Below are positions 12,463-24,562 of a stretch of 64,000 bases of DNA, piece after piece. Within the stretch, counting starts at the first letter, position 1. Each line of letters opens with the position of its first letter. The DNA is from Thalia democratica (Eukaryota), in assembly GCA_965202585.1 (NCBI GenBank), contig OZ241829.1, forward strand, positions 73,160,001-73,224,000. Direction: 5' to 3'. The notes under the pieces are model-generated. The model was not told where the DNA came from, did no database searches, and saw only the letters and a list, made by a program, of their open reading frames with translations. A program made the translations under genes and the position numbers.

Positions 12463-15400
12463 CAAACGGAGTGTGCTTAGTTATGACGTCACTATTTTTA
12501 AGATAAGGTCATTTTTGGTGTGAGTCATTGTTACTCTCCTAACTGACCTATGACATAATAGTACTTAAAGTTTGTTTGGTTTTACTATTATCTGTATGGT
12601 CTGTCGTTTAGTACTATTAACGTTCCATGCAAAAGTAATTACGTGCAGAATCCACGTTTAAAATAAAATTATACAAAACTGATACATAATCTAAAATTTT
12701 AGCAATTGGAATTTTAAATCTGAATAAACAAGTAGGAAAATTAAACTCATAAAAAAATATAGTGATTAAGTTCTACAAAAACAGAGCTAGTCTAAATATA
12801 ACACACATTGAAACGGTTAAATATCAAAACCAGTATTAAGAAATGTAAATAGATCAGATAAATAATTTTAAAACGTTTTAAGAGTTATGCTACCTGGCTG
12901 GAAAAAATTAAGATTAAAACTAATGATCTAGCGGAACTGTTTTTTTTTTTTCAAGTTAAGATTCGGCTGAATTTGGATACTTTTACATAGTTTATTAAAT
13001 AAAAATACAGCCGTATACGGATTCGGTATATTATTTTGTTTTTAATTTTACAATTTTTAATTTTTTAATTTAGGTCAAAACAAAAGTAACGCAGTATTGA
13101 AGGGATAAAAACCAAACTAATCAGAATCTTACCAAAAAAATACTAATTATCAACACTGCCTGTAAGTTTAACTAAACCGACAAAAGTAACATAGTATTAG
13201 AGGTAAGAATTTAAAAAATGTTTTAATAAATATGATCCAACGATATAAATGACGAAGAAAATCAGGTGCGAGGATGTAAAACTTCAATGACGTCTCAGAC
13301 CGTATTTCCTTTCACAGTTTGTTTTCCAGTTTTCTAGTTTTGTTTTACAGTCGAATAAAGCCATTTCAAAAACTCAAAGCAAGGTGATATCCAAGAAAAA
13401 CTATCAGATAACGAGCAAAATATTTGAGAAGTGTTTTAATGTTGGGTAAGCAAAAAGTTAAGTGTTTTTGAAAAGTATTGATAAATATTAAGTCTTTTTA
13501 TGAAATAATAAAAAAAAGTAAAAATAAAAACATTACATGTCTAAATAAAGCTACAGTGCACACAACCCTTAGTTATTAAGTTATTAAAAATTATTAAGTT
13601 ACAAAAAAAGTCAAATCATCAACAGCTAACCAGATTGTTTATATTGCAGCTTTTATGTTGCTTTTCGCCTTTGCTTCATCTGATGCTTATAAATTGCGTC
13701 TTCAGCATCTAAAAAATATATGTTAGTAAAATATATAAATGTTTTATAAAAATTAAGAAATACTTGTGAAATTTTTTTTTGAAATTTTGTGATACTCCTA
13801 AGTGATTTAACGATTTTTTCAAAATGCTATAAAACAAGTAGCTCATTTAACATTAAAAAACGATTTTTCAATTTTCCATTTTATATTATAAGTTTAAGCA
13901 TAGACTACGGTTTATAAAATAGCTTTTAGCTTTTTTGATTTTGTATCTGACCCCAACAACTTTCATCGTTAATCATTTTAAATTTAACTCCACAAAAATC
14001 AAAAATAAATCTACAATGCAAAATCAAAAACAGAACAATATAAATTTTATTCTAACAAATTCATGTTACAATATGAGATTCATAAGCGAATAAAGAGTTT
14101 GGAATTTTACTCTGTTATAGTGAAACAACAATATGAAGGTTGGTATTCAGATAGCTACTAAATATATAAAAACTGCATTGTTACGTCACAAGCGAACTTT
14201 GCGTTAGAGGCTTAAAATAAACGTAAAAATAGTCAGTAACCAAAAAAACGCTCATGTATAAACAGTTGTCAGCTCAGAGTAAGAATAAAATAATTAGGGA
14301 AAAACAAACCGCAAAGTTAAAAACCATGTTACTTTACAAGCCGCTTTTGCGGTTGTTAAGCAAGTTTATTTGTAATATTTTTAAGTAAGATAACATATAG
14401 CGGTACTTGCCGGCTTATAAATACTGTTTATAACAAACATCTGAACAGTCATTCAATTAAACCAGTGCTTTTAGGTGCATAAATTTTAAAAGTATATTTA
14501 ATTCTGAGTACGAGCGTTTGTGAGATTGTGGTCTTTTGTCATCAGGTTAGAGAACTTTAAAATAAGTCAAGAAAATTTTCGAGAAAGTTTTTACGAGATT
14601 GAATGAAATACATTAAAGTTTATTAGTAGACATCAGTCAAAAGATCGAAAGAATTTTGAAAGAAACACAAGTTTAACTTTATCACTTTGCAGGAAAACCA
14701 GGTAATAAAAATTAAAAACATTTTTATTTAGCTTTTAAACTAATTTCGAGCATAAATTTATTAATTTAAAAAATAAATCCAAATAAGATGTTTAAAAACG
14801 TAAATTAATAAATTAAATGTTTAAAATAGTTGTTTTGCATCAAAAGAAAGTTGAAGTTGAAACGTTATATCATATACATCTATACGAAATTTTATTAGAC
14901 TAATTATTATATATATTAGTACAAATAATAATGTATAAAACCTTGCTTCACAAGTTTAGATACTGATAAAGTTATTAGGAATTTTTAAGTTTTAAATGTT
15001 TTATGTTTGTACAAACAATATTTACAATTTTCTAATTGAAGCAATAAGTTTATACAGTTTTATTTTATAGAACACTTACAGACCATAAATATTTATACTT
15101 TATTAATTTGAAAATTTATTTAATTTTAAACTTCTTTAAGATCATTTCATTCTAGATGATTTTTACTAAGAACTAGCTAAAGTTTGAAAATTTAAGAAAT
15201 TTTTAAATGCTTAAATGTAAACGTATGTACAATCGGTTATGATTAAAATATATTAATAGAAAAAAATCTGATTATTTAAGGTTGGATCATCAAAACAATT
15301 TTTAACTTTTTTTTGGTATAAAAAAAGTTAAGCTGTAGTCCTAGAGGGCCTATACAATTTTGGTTACAAAGCTTAGTAAAAAATATTTTGAAATTCTATT

Positions 15401-15739
15401 TAATTTTATATCAAGCACACAGTAGTTGTGGTTAAGTCATCATATCAAACAGTTTCATTTAATTTTTACATGTTTTATTTAAAATTTTAGTTATTCCAAG
15501 AATCACTTGACTTTTTTTTTTACTTTTTTAACAAGCTAAGCCTGCATAACACCTTTTATAATTAGTTTTGCCCGTTAACTATAGTACTTGTCCACCCTTA
15601 ACTACAATCAATAAAAGCGAGATTTTAAGACTAATTTGAATATTTTTTAGAGTTTAGTAAGCATGAAAATCGAAATGAAATTTTTTTTTATTATATAGTA
15701 TAATACTATGAAATATATAAACTAGTATTAGTAACTCAC

Positions 15740-15832
15740 TGTTCCGTTTATTCTCATGTTGTTGAAGGTTGTTCGGTTGTAGCTTCTTAATGATGATGGC
15801 TCTTTCAAGGACCACGTCGTTGTATAAATAAG
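15740..15832 (-). other. Candidate small spliced exon (paralogue of 9773..9900)
   Basis: cttacAG acceptor and GTGAGT donor; strong similarity to the 9773 exon. Confidence 0.45.
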
Positions 15833-16299
15833 CTGTAAGAAATATAAATTTAAAATATATATAATATTATTATCGAAATTAAAACATTGATTATGCGCAC
15901 TTTATTTTATTTTCAAATCTTTTTCGAGAAAGTAAGCTTTAAACTCTAAATTATACATAAGCGTAATGTATAATGTTATTATAGGAGAGTGTGGTTTTAA
16001 ATTAATTAATAATATTTCTAATAATAAATTCTCATCTACTTGAAAATAACATTTTGATAAGGTGAAATCGTAAAACTCAAAATTTATACTTAACCTTTGT
16101 AGTCGTATTACGAGTTCCTAGCGGTTTTTTACCCGAAAGGCTAAAAAACTAAGACTACATATAAAACTAAATTATAATACAAATATGAAACATAAATTGC
16201 ATCTAATAAAGAATAGGAAGCTCACTGACATAGAAAGTAAAAACGAAATTTAGAAAAAATAAACCGAAGGCAACACTTATATACACTTTTTTCAATTCA

Positions 16300-16420
16300 G
16301 TGTGAAAAAGTAAGTACAACAGTGATGATATTTTAGACGTCACAGACAGCTTTTTACAGGTGAAATCGTTTTTCACACGCAAAAGCTCAAGGTAAGTGTT
16401 TGTTGTTGGGCCGTACAAGA
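16300..16420 (-). promoter_or_regulatory. Diverged A-type promoter-like module
   Basis: ACGTCACAgacagcttttta...tgttgggccg aligns with ACGTCACAagcggctttta...tgttgggccgcgc of the A-type modules at 41960, 49990 and 58215. Confidence 0.4.
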
Positions 16421-17074
16421 CGGCTTTAAAAATATTCAAAAAACAACCAACTGGAAGAAACAATTAGTTCTAATACCGTTACTTAGATTACAACTTGTGT
16501 TGTGATCGCGAAATTTTGTGAAATGTGAGTGGTGATGTCACGGTTTGAGATTGATCAATTATTGAAGCATAAAAATTTGAGAGAAACTTTTAAGGTTCAA
16601 CAATTCGAAGAAAAAGGTTTTTTTTGAGGCGCAGCTGTTTGTCTTTCGAGTAACTAAGAAAGTTGCTTGTTTACTTTTATGTTTTCGAGCTAGTACTTCA
16701 AGTAGGTTTAATTTTCTATGAAAATTGTGTTACATTTTCGTTCCATTAATTTGAACTTTTTAACTTTTTTTTTGCATAACCACCAACTTGGCTGACCGTA
16801 ACTTTTAAACTGGATTATTTCAAAGTTAAAAATAGCTTTTATTTTTGTTTTTACACAAACGAAGGTACGGAAATATAAAAGCATTATAAATATTTTAAAC
16901 TTTTTCAAAGCAACAATTTATAGTTGATATTTATAGCTCTAAATAAAGTATCAAATTATCAAAATTAATTTGAAGTTTTTTCACTTATTATACTCTAAGG
17001 TCATTTAAAGACATATACAAGTTTTTATAACGATGAAGCAAGTAGATTTAAAAAATTCTTATTTGAACTTTTAA

Positions 17075-17216
17075 AAAGGGTTAATCATTCCAGTTCGATC
17101 ATCAGATCACAAGTTTTTCGGTTGTTACTGACTGATGAGTACTATTAAGGACGAAACCGGTCTCATTCTACCGAAGTCTTGTGGTCTGATGAAAAAATTG
17201 GCATGATCAACCCTTT
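17075..17216 (+). ncRNA. Minimal type I hammerhead ribozyme (core 17127..17167) at the apex of a ~142-nt rod-like hairpin
   Basis: CTGATGA (17132-38); helix II GTAC-TATTAA-GGAC (one A.G mismatch); GAAA (17153-56); palindromic minimal helix III ACCGGT; GTC cleavage triplet (C17162); helix I TGA/TCA. Flanking arms 17075-17122 and 17170-17216 form 38 Watson-Crick plus 3 G.U pairs by manual alignment. Confidence 0.8.
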
Positions 17217-17338
17217 GTTTAATACGATGTTATAGTTTTAAGATTATTTAAGTTCTATTACAGATCTAGCTTTACTGACTGCAACTCGCACATTAAAAAA
17301 TTTTAAATACTATTTATCAAAAAACTGAAAAAATAACC

Positions 17339-20300
17339 TGAGAAGGAATATTTCAGAATTACTTATGTCACACATCAACACTTTAAAATATCTTATAGTT
17401 TGGGCAACCATAATAAGTTATTTGTCAGTTTAAAACTTAATTCCCAGTTATTGTTTATTTTTTTAAGTTATAGTTTTAGATTGTAAAGCTAAAGCATGTT
17501 TTTTTTTAAGCTTAAACTATAAAAATGAAGGATTTTTTACAGTTTTTTGTTGATTATTTTAATAGCTTTAAACTAACTTGCAATATAAAAACGTAAGTTA
17601 AAAAAATTACATTAAATATATGTTTCTTTTGAAATAAATATTCTACTTTAACAATAAGTATAGCGATAAACGATTTTTATCGACTTTAATGTAATATGTT
17701 TAGAAAATACTTTAAACTGTCCAAATTTTAATTTTCAAACGGTGAAACTTTTCAACATATGTATGATATTGATGTTTTTAATTGAATAAGAAAAATATAT
17801 TCACAATGTTCTGGTTATTTTAAAACTATTAAACTTAATTGGGTAGCCTTTTCGTATAGCACTTGTTGACTAATTTTGTTCTTTTTTATATTGAAAATTT
17901 AATAACTGTATACAAATATAAATATATATAATATTATACAAACAAAAACTATTAACTTTTTTGTCGCATATTGATTGCATTTTATAGTGGTGAAACATTA
18001 ATCTATAACTGACCAGAATGCTCATAGCTTTGTTGTTGAATTCAAACTGACGTGATTGCTTCCTTTGCAGATGACTAGGCTGTAAAAAATATTTATTTAT
18101 AATTTAATTTTACATAATATAGTTTAATGGTGTTTTTAGATTTAAACAAATTTAAATTAGAAAAATTATTCTAGTAGTAATTAAATTTTAAAAGGTACTT
18201 TTCTACAGTTGTTAAACCATATGTATATGATAAAATTGCATTTAAACACTTATTCTACTTTATTTAATAATTTCAATCGATTTAAACAATACTTTTATCA
18301 AAATAAAAACTTAGGTTACGGTGTTTAAGCATTAAGAATCTTATTTTACTGAAATATCGTAAACAATTTTATTTAAAAACTCGATTTCAAAAATAACCAA
18401 AAAAAAAAAACTTTTTTACTATAACAGTTTAAAGATTATAAACGTAATAAATATTCAACTTCGAGTTGTCAAAAATCTATTTGATATTTGCCAGTTTTTA
18501 TTAACAATTTAAGTTTTTCTTTATAGTATCATTTAACATTCAATTAATACCAACAATAATGAAAAAGAGATCAATACATAAAAGTAGTTCAAGCGTAACA
18601 AAGATGGCGACCGTGTATGAGGGTAAACTAATTTGCATTCTTCAGCTTGAAACTGCTGCTTCAGCTTTGAAAGTAAAAGTCGCTTGTTACGTCACAAACG
18701 ACTTTTACCTCAAGGCAGGCGAAGCGCTGAACCTTCACAGTTGATAAAAATATGTATACCGCGCAGTGCGGTTGTGAAAAATAGGGTTAGAAAACTATAG
18801 TTGTTGCTAGAAAACTACAGTATGCTAGTTGCTTAGAATACTTGTTGCCTAGAAAACAACAAAAAAAAGTTTACAAAACTTTTAAGTTTTCAAGTCTAAG
18901 CTTTAAATAACGCTGCTTTAGGTAAAGCTATGCTTAAGCTTATACCAACCCAAAATCAAAGTAAAAAAGTTAAAGTTAATTCTGAAATTTACTCTATTAG
19001 CTTAAAAAAAAAGTTTTGTAGTTATGAAATTGAACAAAAGATACATTCAAAATATAAATTACAGTCGTTAATTTTTTTGCAAATTTGTTTTTATCAATTT
19101 CTTTAGTTTGATTTTCGAAATTATTCTGATATTGGAGCTCCAAGCTCAACCTTTGTCAAATGCATTTTAATCATAAACTAATTTTTAACACATTTCTTTT
19201 TAGTTTAGTTTAAGGCTGATGCATGAACTTTAGCACCATGTGAAGTAAAACAATAATTTCAGAACATTATTCATGAAAATTGTATTAAATGTATATAAAC
19301 TATTAAAAAGAAGAGATAAAACAAAATGCTTAAGCGAGCAGACGCGCGGGCCACGCAAGCAGGTGAAGCTACAAGCGGGGAAACAAATACACTTTGCTGA
19401 AAACAGGAAAACACATACAGACAAAGCGATCGCTGCTCGTATTTAAAACAAAAGTCTTAATTAGGGGATTGTTGCTCATGAGTTTTTCTTTTTGGACCCG
19501 CTAACAAACAAACCACGCGTCGCTAATAAAGCTGAGAAGGCATATTTTAAAATTATTTGTTTCATACTTTATCACTTTACAAATATCTTTTAGTTTAGGC
19601 TATTATAATAAATATTATGTCAGTTTAAAGCTTAAATCCTCAATCTTGTATAATTTTTAAAATTTAGTTATGAGTAGTAAAGATTAAGCATCCTTTTTTA
19701 AAAGCTTAAACTATGAATTGATTTTTTTTTGTACAGCATTTTGTCTACTAGTTAAATAGCTTTGACCCCTACTTGCAATACATAAACTTAAACGAAAATA
19801 AAAATATATAAAAATATTATTTCTTTTGAAAAATTAATTCCTTTGTAACAATATGTATAGCAATAAATATTTTTAACCGATTTCAATTTAATATTTGTAC
19901 AAAATACTTTAAATAATCCAAATTTTAAATTCTAAATGTTACGACTTTTGAACATATGTGTGGTACGTGGTTCTGTTAATTATACAAGAAAATATATTAA
20001 CAACCTTACAGTTGATGTAAATTTGTTAAACTATATTAAGTTACTTTTTGATAGGCAATTATACACCAATTTTTTTTTTTGCTTTGTTTAGTAAGGAAAT
20101 ATTAATTTATAACTAACCTGAGCATTCATAAGTTTATTGTTAGATCAAATCTGACGTGACCACTTCGTTTGCGACTGACTAAGCTGTAAAAAATATTTAA
20201 TTACAGTTTTATTTTACATAAGCTAGTTTAATGCTGTTTTTAGATTTAAACAAATGTACCGTAAAAAATTATTCTGATAGTAATTAAACAGTTGGTAGGT

Positions 20301-20885
20301 AATTTTTCACAGTTGTTGAACCATATGTATATGAATAAAATTGCTTAAAACACTTCTTCTATTGTAATTTATAATTTAAATCGGTTTAAACAATACTTAT
20401 ATCGAAATAAAAACTCAAGTAACGGTGTTTAAACATTAAGAACCATATTTTATTGAAATATCGTAAAAAATTTTATTGAAAAACTTGATTTGAAAAATTA
20501 TTAAAAATTTTTTTTTTGTTATAAAAGTTAAATGCTTTAAAGATTATAAACTTAATAAATATTCAATTTCGAGTTTTCAAAAGTTTACTTGATATTTGCC
20601 AGTTTTTATTAACAACTTAAGCTTTTTTCATAGTATCATTTAAAATTCAATTAATACCAACAATAATGAAAAAGAGATCAATACTTAAAAGTAGTTCAAG
20701 CATTACAAAAATGGCGACTGTGTATGAGCGTAAACTAATTTGTGTTCTTCAGCTTCATACTGCTGCTTCAGCTTTGAAAGCAGAAGCCGTTTGTGACGTC
20801 ACAAACCGCTTTTGCCTCCAAGCATTCGAAGCGCTGAAGCTTCAGAGTTGATTAAGACATTTAAACCGCACAGTGCGGTTGTAAA
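17339..20885. repeat. Tandem duplication: ~17339-18780 matches ~19532-20885
   Basis: Collinear from ctgagaagg through ctgacgtga...gctgtaaaaaatattt to the A-type modules; a minus-strand acceptor ttttttacAG is kept in both copies (~18080, ~20183). Confidence 0.85.
18598..18780 (-). promoter_or_regulatory. A-type promoter-like module (YY1-like, CRE-like, palindromic Runx-like site); paralogue 20705..20885
   Basis: AAGATGGCG (18601), GTTACGTCACAA, GCGAAGCG and ACCGCGCAGTGCGGT. The same motif order occurs in seven modules across the window. Confidence 0.5.
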
Positions 20886-21076
20886 AATTTAATAGTAAAA
20901 CATATAAATATACAAACGCAGATTGTCAACGACAAAGAGTGGTCTGAATCTGAGTGGCATTGTGAAAGCGGGCGCTCGTGTGTTATGAATTGTGACGTCA
21001 CGATTAACTAGTTTCAGTAAATGATGTAAGAATATGAGAAAGGTTTTACTGTGTTCGATTATCGGTTTACTTTCTT

Positions 21077-22244
21077 GTGCACGAGCGTCACTTTTGCACG
21101 AGGGGACACTTTTGCACGGCATCACTTTTCCACGAGTGAAAAATTTTGCTAGGCGTCACTTCTGCACAGCGACTCTTTTGCACGGAAGGTCACTTTTACA
21201 CACTTAGTCACTTGTACACGGCGTCAACTCTGAACAGCGACATTTTTTATGATGACAATTTTCCACGTAAGCATTGTTGACAACGATACTTGTGCACAAC
21301 GTCACATTTATACGGTGATTTTTTTGCACATCGAAATTTTGGCACAATGACTTTATGGCTCTTTTTATTTTCACGCAACATTAAAAAATAAACTTTCCAT
21401 ACAACTAAAAAATAACCATTAAGTAAAAATCTTAAACTTCTTACACTTCATAAATTAACTAATATCTTTTTCATTAGTTTAACAATCATTTAGAAATAAA
21501 ATTGAATTAAAATCTTTGTTAAACAACTATTAAAGCTAATTTTAAGATAAAGAAAATAAAAGTTAAAAATCGGTCTCAAAAACCGATTTTTAAAGTCGAA
21601 GTTAAATTTATATTTCTGTTTAAAATTAATGAAATTTAGTTTATTTTTAATTAAATTATTTAAAATTGTTTTAATTTAAAAGTAAAAAACTGTACTTATA
21701 AAGTATATTTTAATAACGATTATAATTATGAATTAAAAGAATATTAGTACATTAATATATTGTTCTACGTATAACTTTAAATAAACACTTTCCTTTAAAA
21801 TACTATCACATTATATCTATTCAAAACAGCTTGCGTTTAAAAGCGAATATTATTTAAGTTCACAAAATAAAATAATATTTAATCTATTTAAACTTTTATT
21901 AAAGAAAATAAAGATTAGAGCGTGCAAAAGTGAAGCTCCGACCAAAGTTGACCAATCGATTAAAATTTTTGCATTTCATAAGTATATCCGTGAAAATATA
22001 ACGCTGTGCGAAAGATACGCTTTGCAAAAATGTTGCCATGCAAACGTAACGTCGTGCAAAAGTTTAGACGTTTAAAAATTTTGTCGTGCAAATATGACCC
22101 TGTGTGCAAAAGAGTCGCCGTGCAAAAATGTCCCTTCGTGCCAAAGTGACGACTGTGCAATAGTGACGCCGTGCAAAAGTGTTCCCTCGGGCTAAATAAA
22201 CGTTCGTGCAAAAGTGTCCCCTCGTGCAAAAGTGACACCCACCC
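21077..22244. mobile_element. Non-autonomous DNA transposon with arrays of subterminal GCACG/CGTGC repeats
   Basis: Left array of cacttttgcacg units; right inverted array of cgtgcaaaagtg units ending GTGACACCCACCC; AT-rich core. TSD not resolved. Confidence 0.7.
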
Positions 22245-22969
22245 ATATACAGCATGCCATAAGGTGCTAATATCACTGTTTTAATGAAACTCGAGGATAC
22301 TGACATTTTTGTCAGTCGAAACAATTATAGTTAAGATAGCATATTGTCGCTTGATACACTAGTTTTTAAAAACAACTACCGAAATTGTTTTACAAATATG
22401 TACAAGACAACAAAAGTGTTCATTTGCCTACAAATGATCATCTATTAATGGAAAAATTTTAAAAAACGTAGCATAATTTGTAGATGTTGCAATTCAAGTC
22501 GTCAGTGATGTTTTATGTGTGCTGACATAGAACTGTTTCATTGTAGAGAACCTCAACATTAGTAAAACAGCCTGAAATGGAATGATGCTCACTTTTTACC
22601 GCAGTGATTCTAGACCAGGGTTTCCAAAATTATTTTTTAAAAGGCGTTTTTAAAGAAATAAAAAAAGCTATGATCCTACATAACAGATTATAGAATAACA
22701 GATTTACTCAAAAAACTACCATTAAAAATACCTAAAACCGTTTTTTTTTTTAATTTTCATCAGCTGTTCCGGAATATCTAGTTTAAATTTCAAATTATGA
22801 CCTTCTTTTCCCCTTCCCCTCCGTGGCTCCTTTACTGCGAATAGTCCCCAAGGGGACCACTTGGCTAATTTTTTGAAACCCTTTTCTAGACCTACTAAGT
22901 GTTTGTGCACAGTAAGTTTAGATATGTTAGTCAAATTCTCAGGTCGTTAGAAAAGTAGGGTTTACAAAA

Positions 22970-23110
22970 ATGAGCAATTATGACGTCAGAAGTAACACAA
23001 AAAGTTCTAATGACGTCATAATTCACTCAAGCTTCACAAGCCGAATCTCAAAGCGAAATCACCAACAGGATTTGAAGTCAGAGACACAACCGTTTCAAAT
23101 TATTTCAAAT
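22970..23110 (-). promoter_or_regulatory. Paired-CRE module; paralogues at 25710..25850 and 26870..27010
   Basis: Shared pattern ATTATGACGTCA..AGTAA..AAAGTT..T(G/T)ACGTC..ATTCACT..AAGCG(A/G)AA(T/C)CACC..(G/T)AAGTCA in three dispersed copies. Confidence 0.5.
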
Positions 23111-23934
23111 GATTGTAAAAATAATTAAAGTCTGCTCTTTATAAAACAAACAGAAATTAGTCGAGCCTCTAAAAAGAGGTACCTCTCGAAAACAGACAAC
23201 CTATCCAGTGGAGTTGTAGACTGGTCAACAAAAAGAATATGAGCTCAAAAGGAGTGTACAAAAAAGTCACCTGAAAAAAAACAGAAACAATTGCTGAAAG
23301 ACACCAGGTTTGATATCGAAGACAATTAAATCACAAAGAGTTGATGGGCAAGGATATCATTGGCGACAAAAAATACATTCGTAATAAGGTTTTATTATTT
23401 GCCGAACATATATATGAACGATTATATTATGTGCTCAGAACCAAAAGACATAAAATTTTTATGCATTATTTACATATTGAAATGATGCTTACCAATGGTT
23501 CTTGTTTGTTTTACTATTTGCCGCTGCGATTTAAACTACGAAGTAAGAAAGTAGGTGCACGAGTTTTATAGATAAACACATGCAACATAAGTTTGCCTGT
23601 TTACACTAAATGTAGGACCACCTGAAAGATAATATATCTACTGATTATCCAAAAAAAAAATTACAAGCTACTTTTTACTGAAACTAGCAGGTTTTCATAA
23701 TTGATTGAATTGATTTATGATTCGGGTGAATTACAATGAACGTGAAACTAATATTTTAATACAGCACGTACAAATATTCTAAAGTTTACGTTTTTTAACT
23801 AATGTTTAGGATAAAACAAAATTTGTAGAGTAGATCTTAATGTATTGTTCTAAAGAAAACAAAACTGTGCGACTAGAGGATTAATCTGACAACTTAACAG
23901 TAAAACAAATAATATCAGTACATTTATATGATAT

Positions 23935-24562
23935 GAGTATGAGTCAAATATGCACAAAGGGAGACTTTTGAACGTAGACGCTTTTGCGCGATGAGTTACT
24001 TTTGTACGAAAACATTTTTGCACGTGTTGAAATTTTTTTTTTTTTCTTCTGATTTTTTTCTTAATTTTTTATGTATTTTATTTTTACTATCTTTATTACC
24101 CCTAACCTTACACTCGGTCGGTAAATTCCTTATTTTTTTGTTAATTAGTATTTTAAATTAAATTTTTAGCTAATTAGTTTTTATTTATTATTTATTTTTA
24201 TTATCATTATTACACCTAGCCCTTAACTTCAGCCTGTTTTATTTTTCTTTTATTTGAATTATTGTTATTTTTTTTATAATGATAGTTTTTATTAGTTATT
24301 CTTTTTTTCTTATTTTTTTACTACCACTGTTACCCCTAACCCTTGTCCTAGGTCGGTAGCTTCTTTTTATGCTTTTTGTTTTTTTATTATTTTATCTTTT
24401 TTTTTTTGTATTATTTTTTTGTTTTATTTTACTCTCGTGCAAAAATTATCCTTTATTCAGAAGTGACCCTCCTTGCAAAAGTTTTTTTGGTTCAAAAGTG
24501 TCCCTTCGTGCATAATTAATCTTTCGCACAAAAGTATCTTCGTGCATATTAAACCCGCTCCC
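23935..24562. mobile_element. Non-autonomous DNA transposon (GGGAGCGGGT..ATATGCAC-type ends)
   Basis: Left gtcaaatatgcac...ttttgcacg repeats; right cgtgca repeats ending gtgcatattaaacccgctccc. Related to the element at 44369 and 60532. Confidence 0.65.

Larger units (their letters stand above)
7080..15840. repeat. Local segmental duplication: ~7080-7990 matches ~10930-13010, and ~9190-9910 matches ~15150-15840
   Basis: Long collinear, substitution-diverged blocks, e.g. ttattatagaataataccaga...gcagaatccacgtttaaaa and caagcaca...ggttaagtcatcatatcaaacagtt. Confidence 0.85.

Noticed and set aside
18559-18744. Short supplied ORFs over regulatory or repeat modules (e.g. 18559, 20666, 21960, 22064, 26283, 44288-45084, 47008, 53966, 55119, 58929, 60564-60965)
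   Set aside because: Frames are not preserved among paralogous copies, and the peptides are low-complexity translations of repeats.
19395-19430. Resemblance of acaggaaaacacatac to the Hydra spliced-leader SL-B 5' end
   Set aside because: Only a short A/C-rich partial match from memory; no following AATAAG|GT donor or Sm-site-like motif.
22501-22530. GTCAG-TGATG...CTGAC mini C/D-like motif
   Set aside because: Only ~27 nt, too short for a snoRNA.
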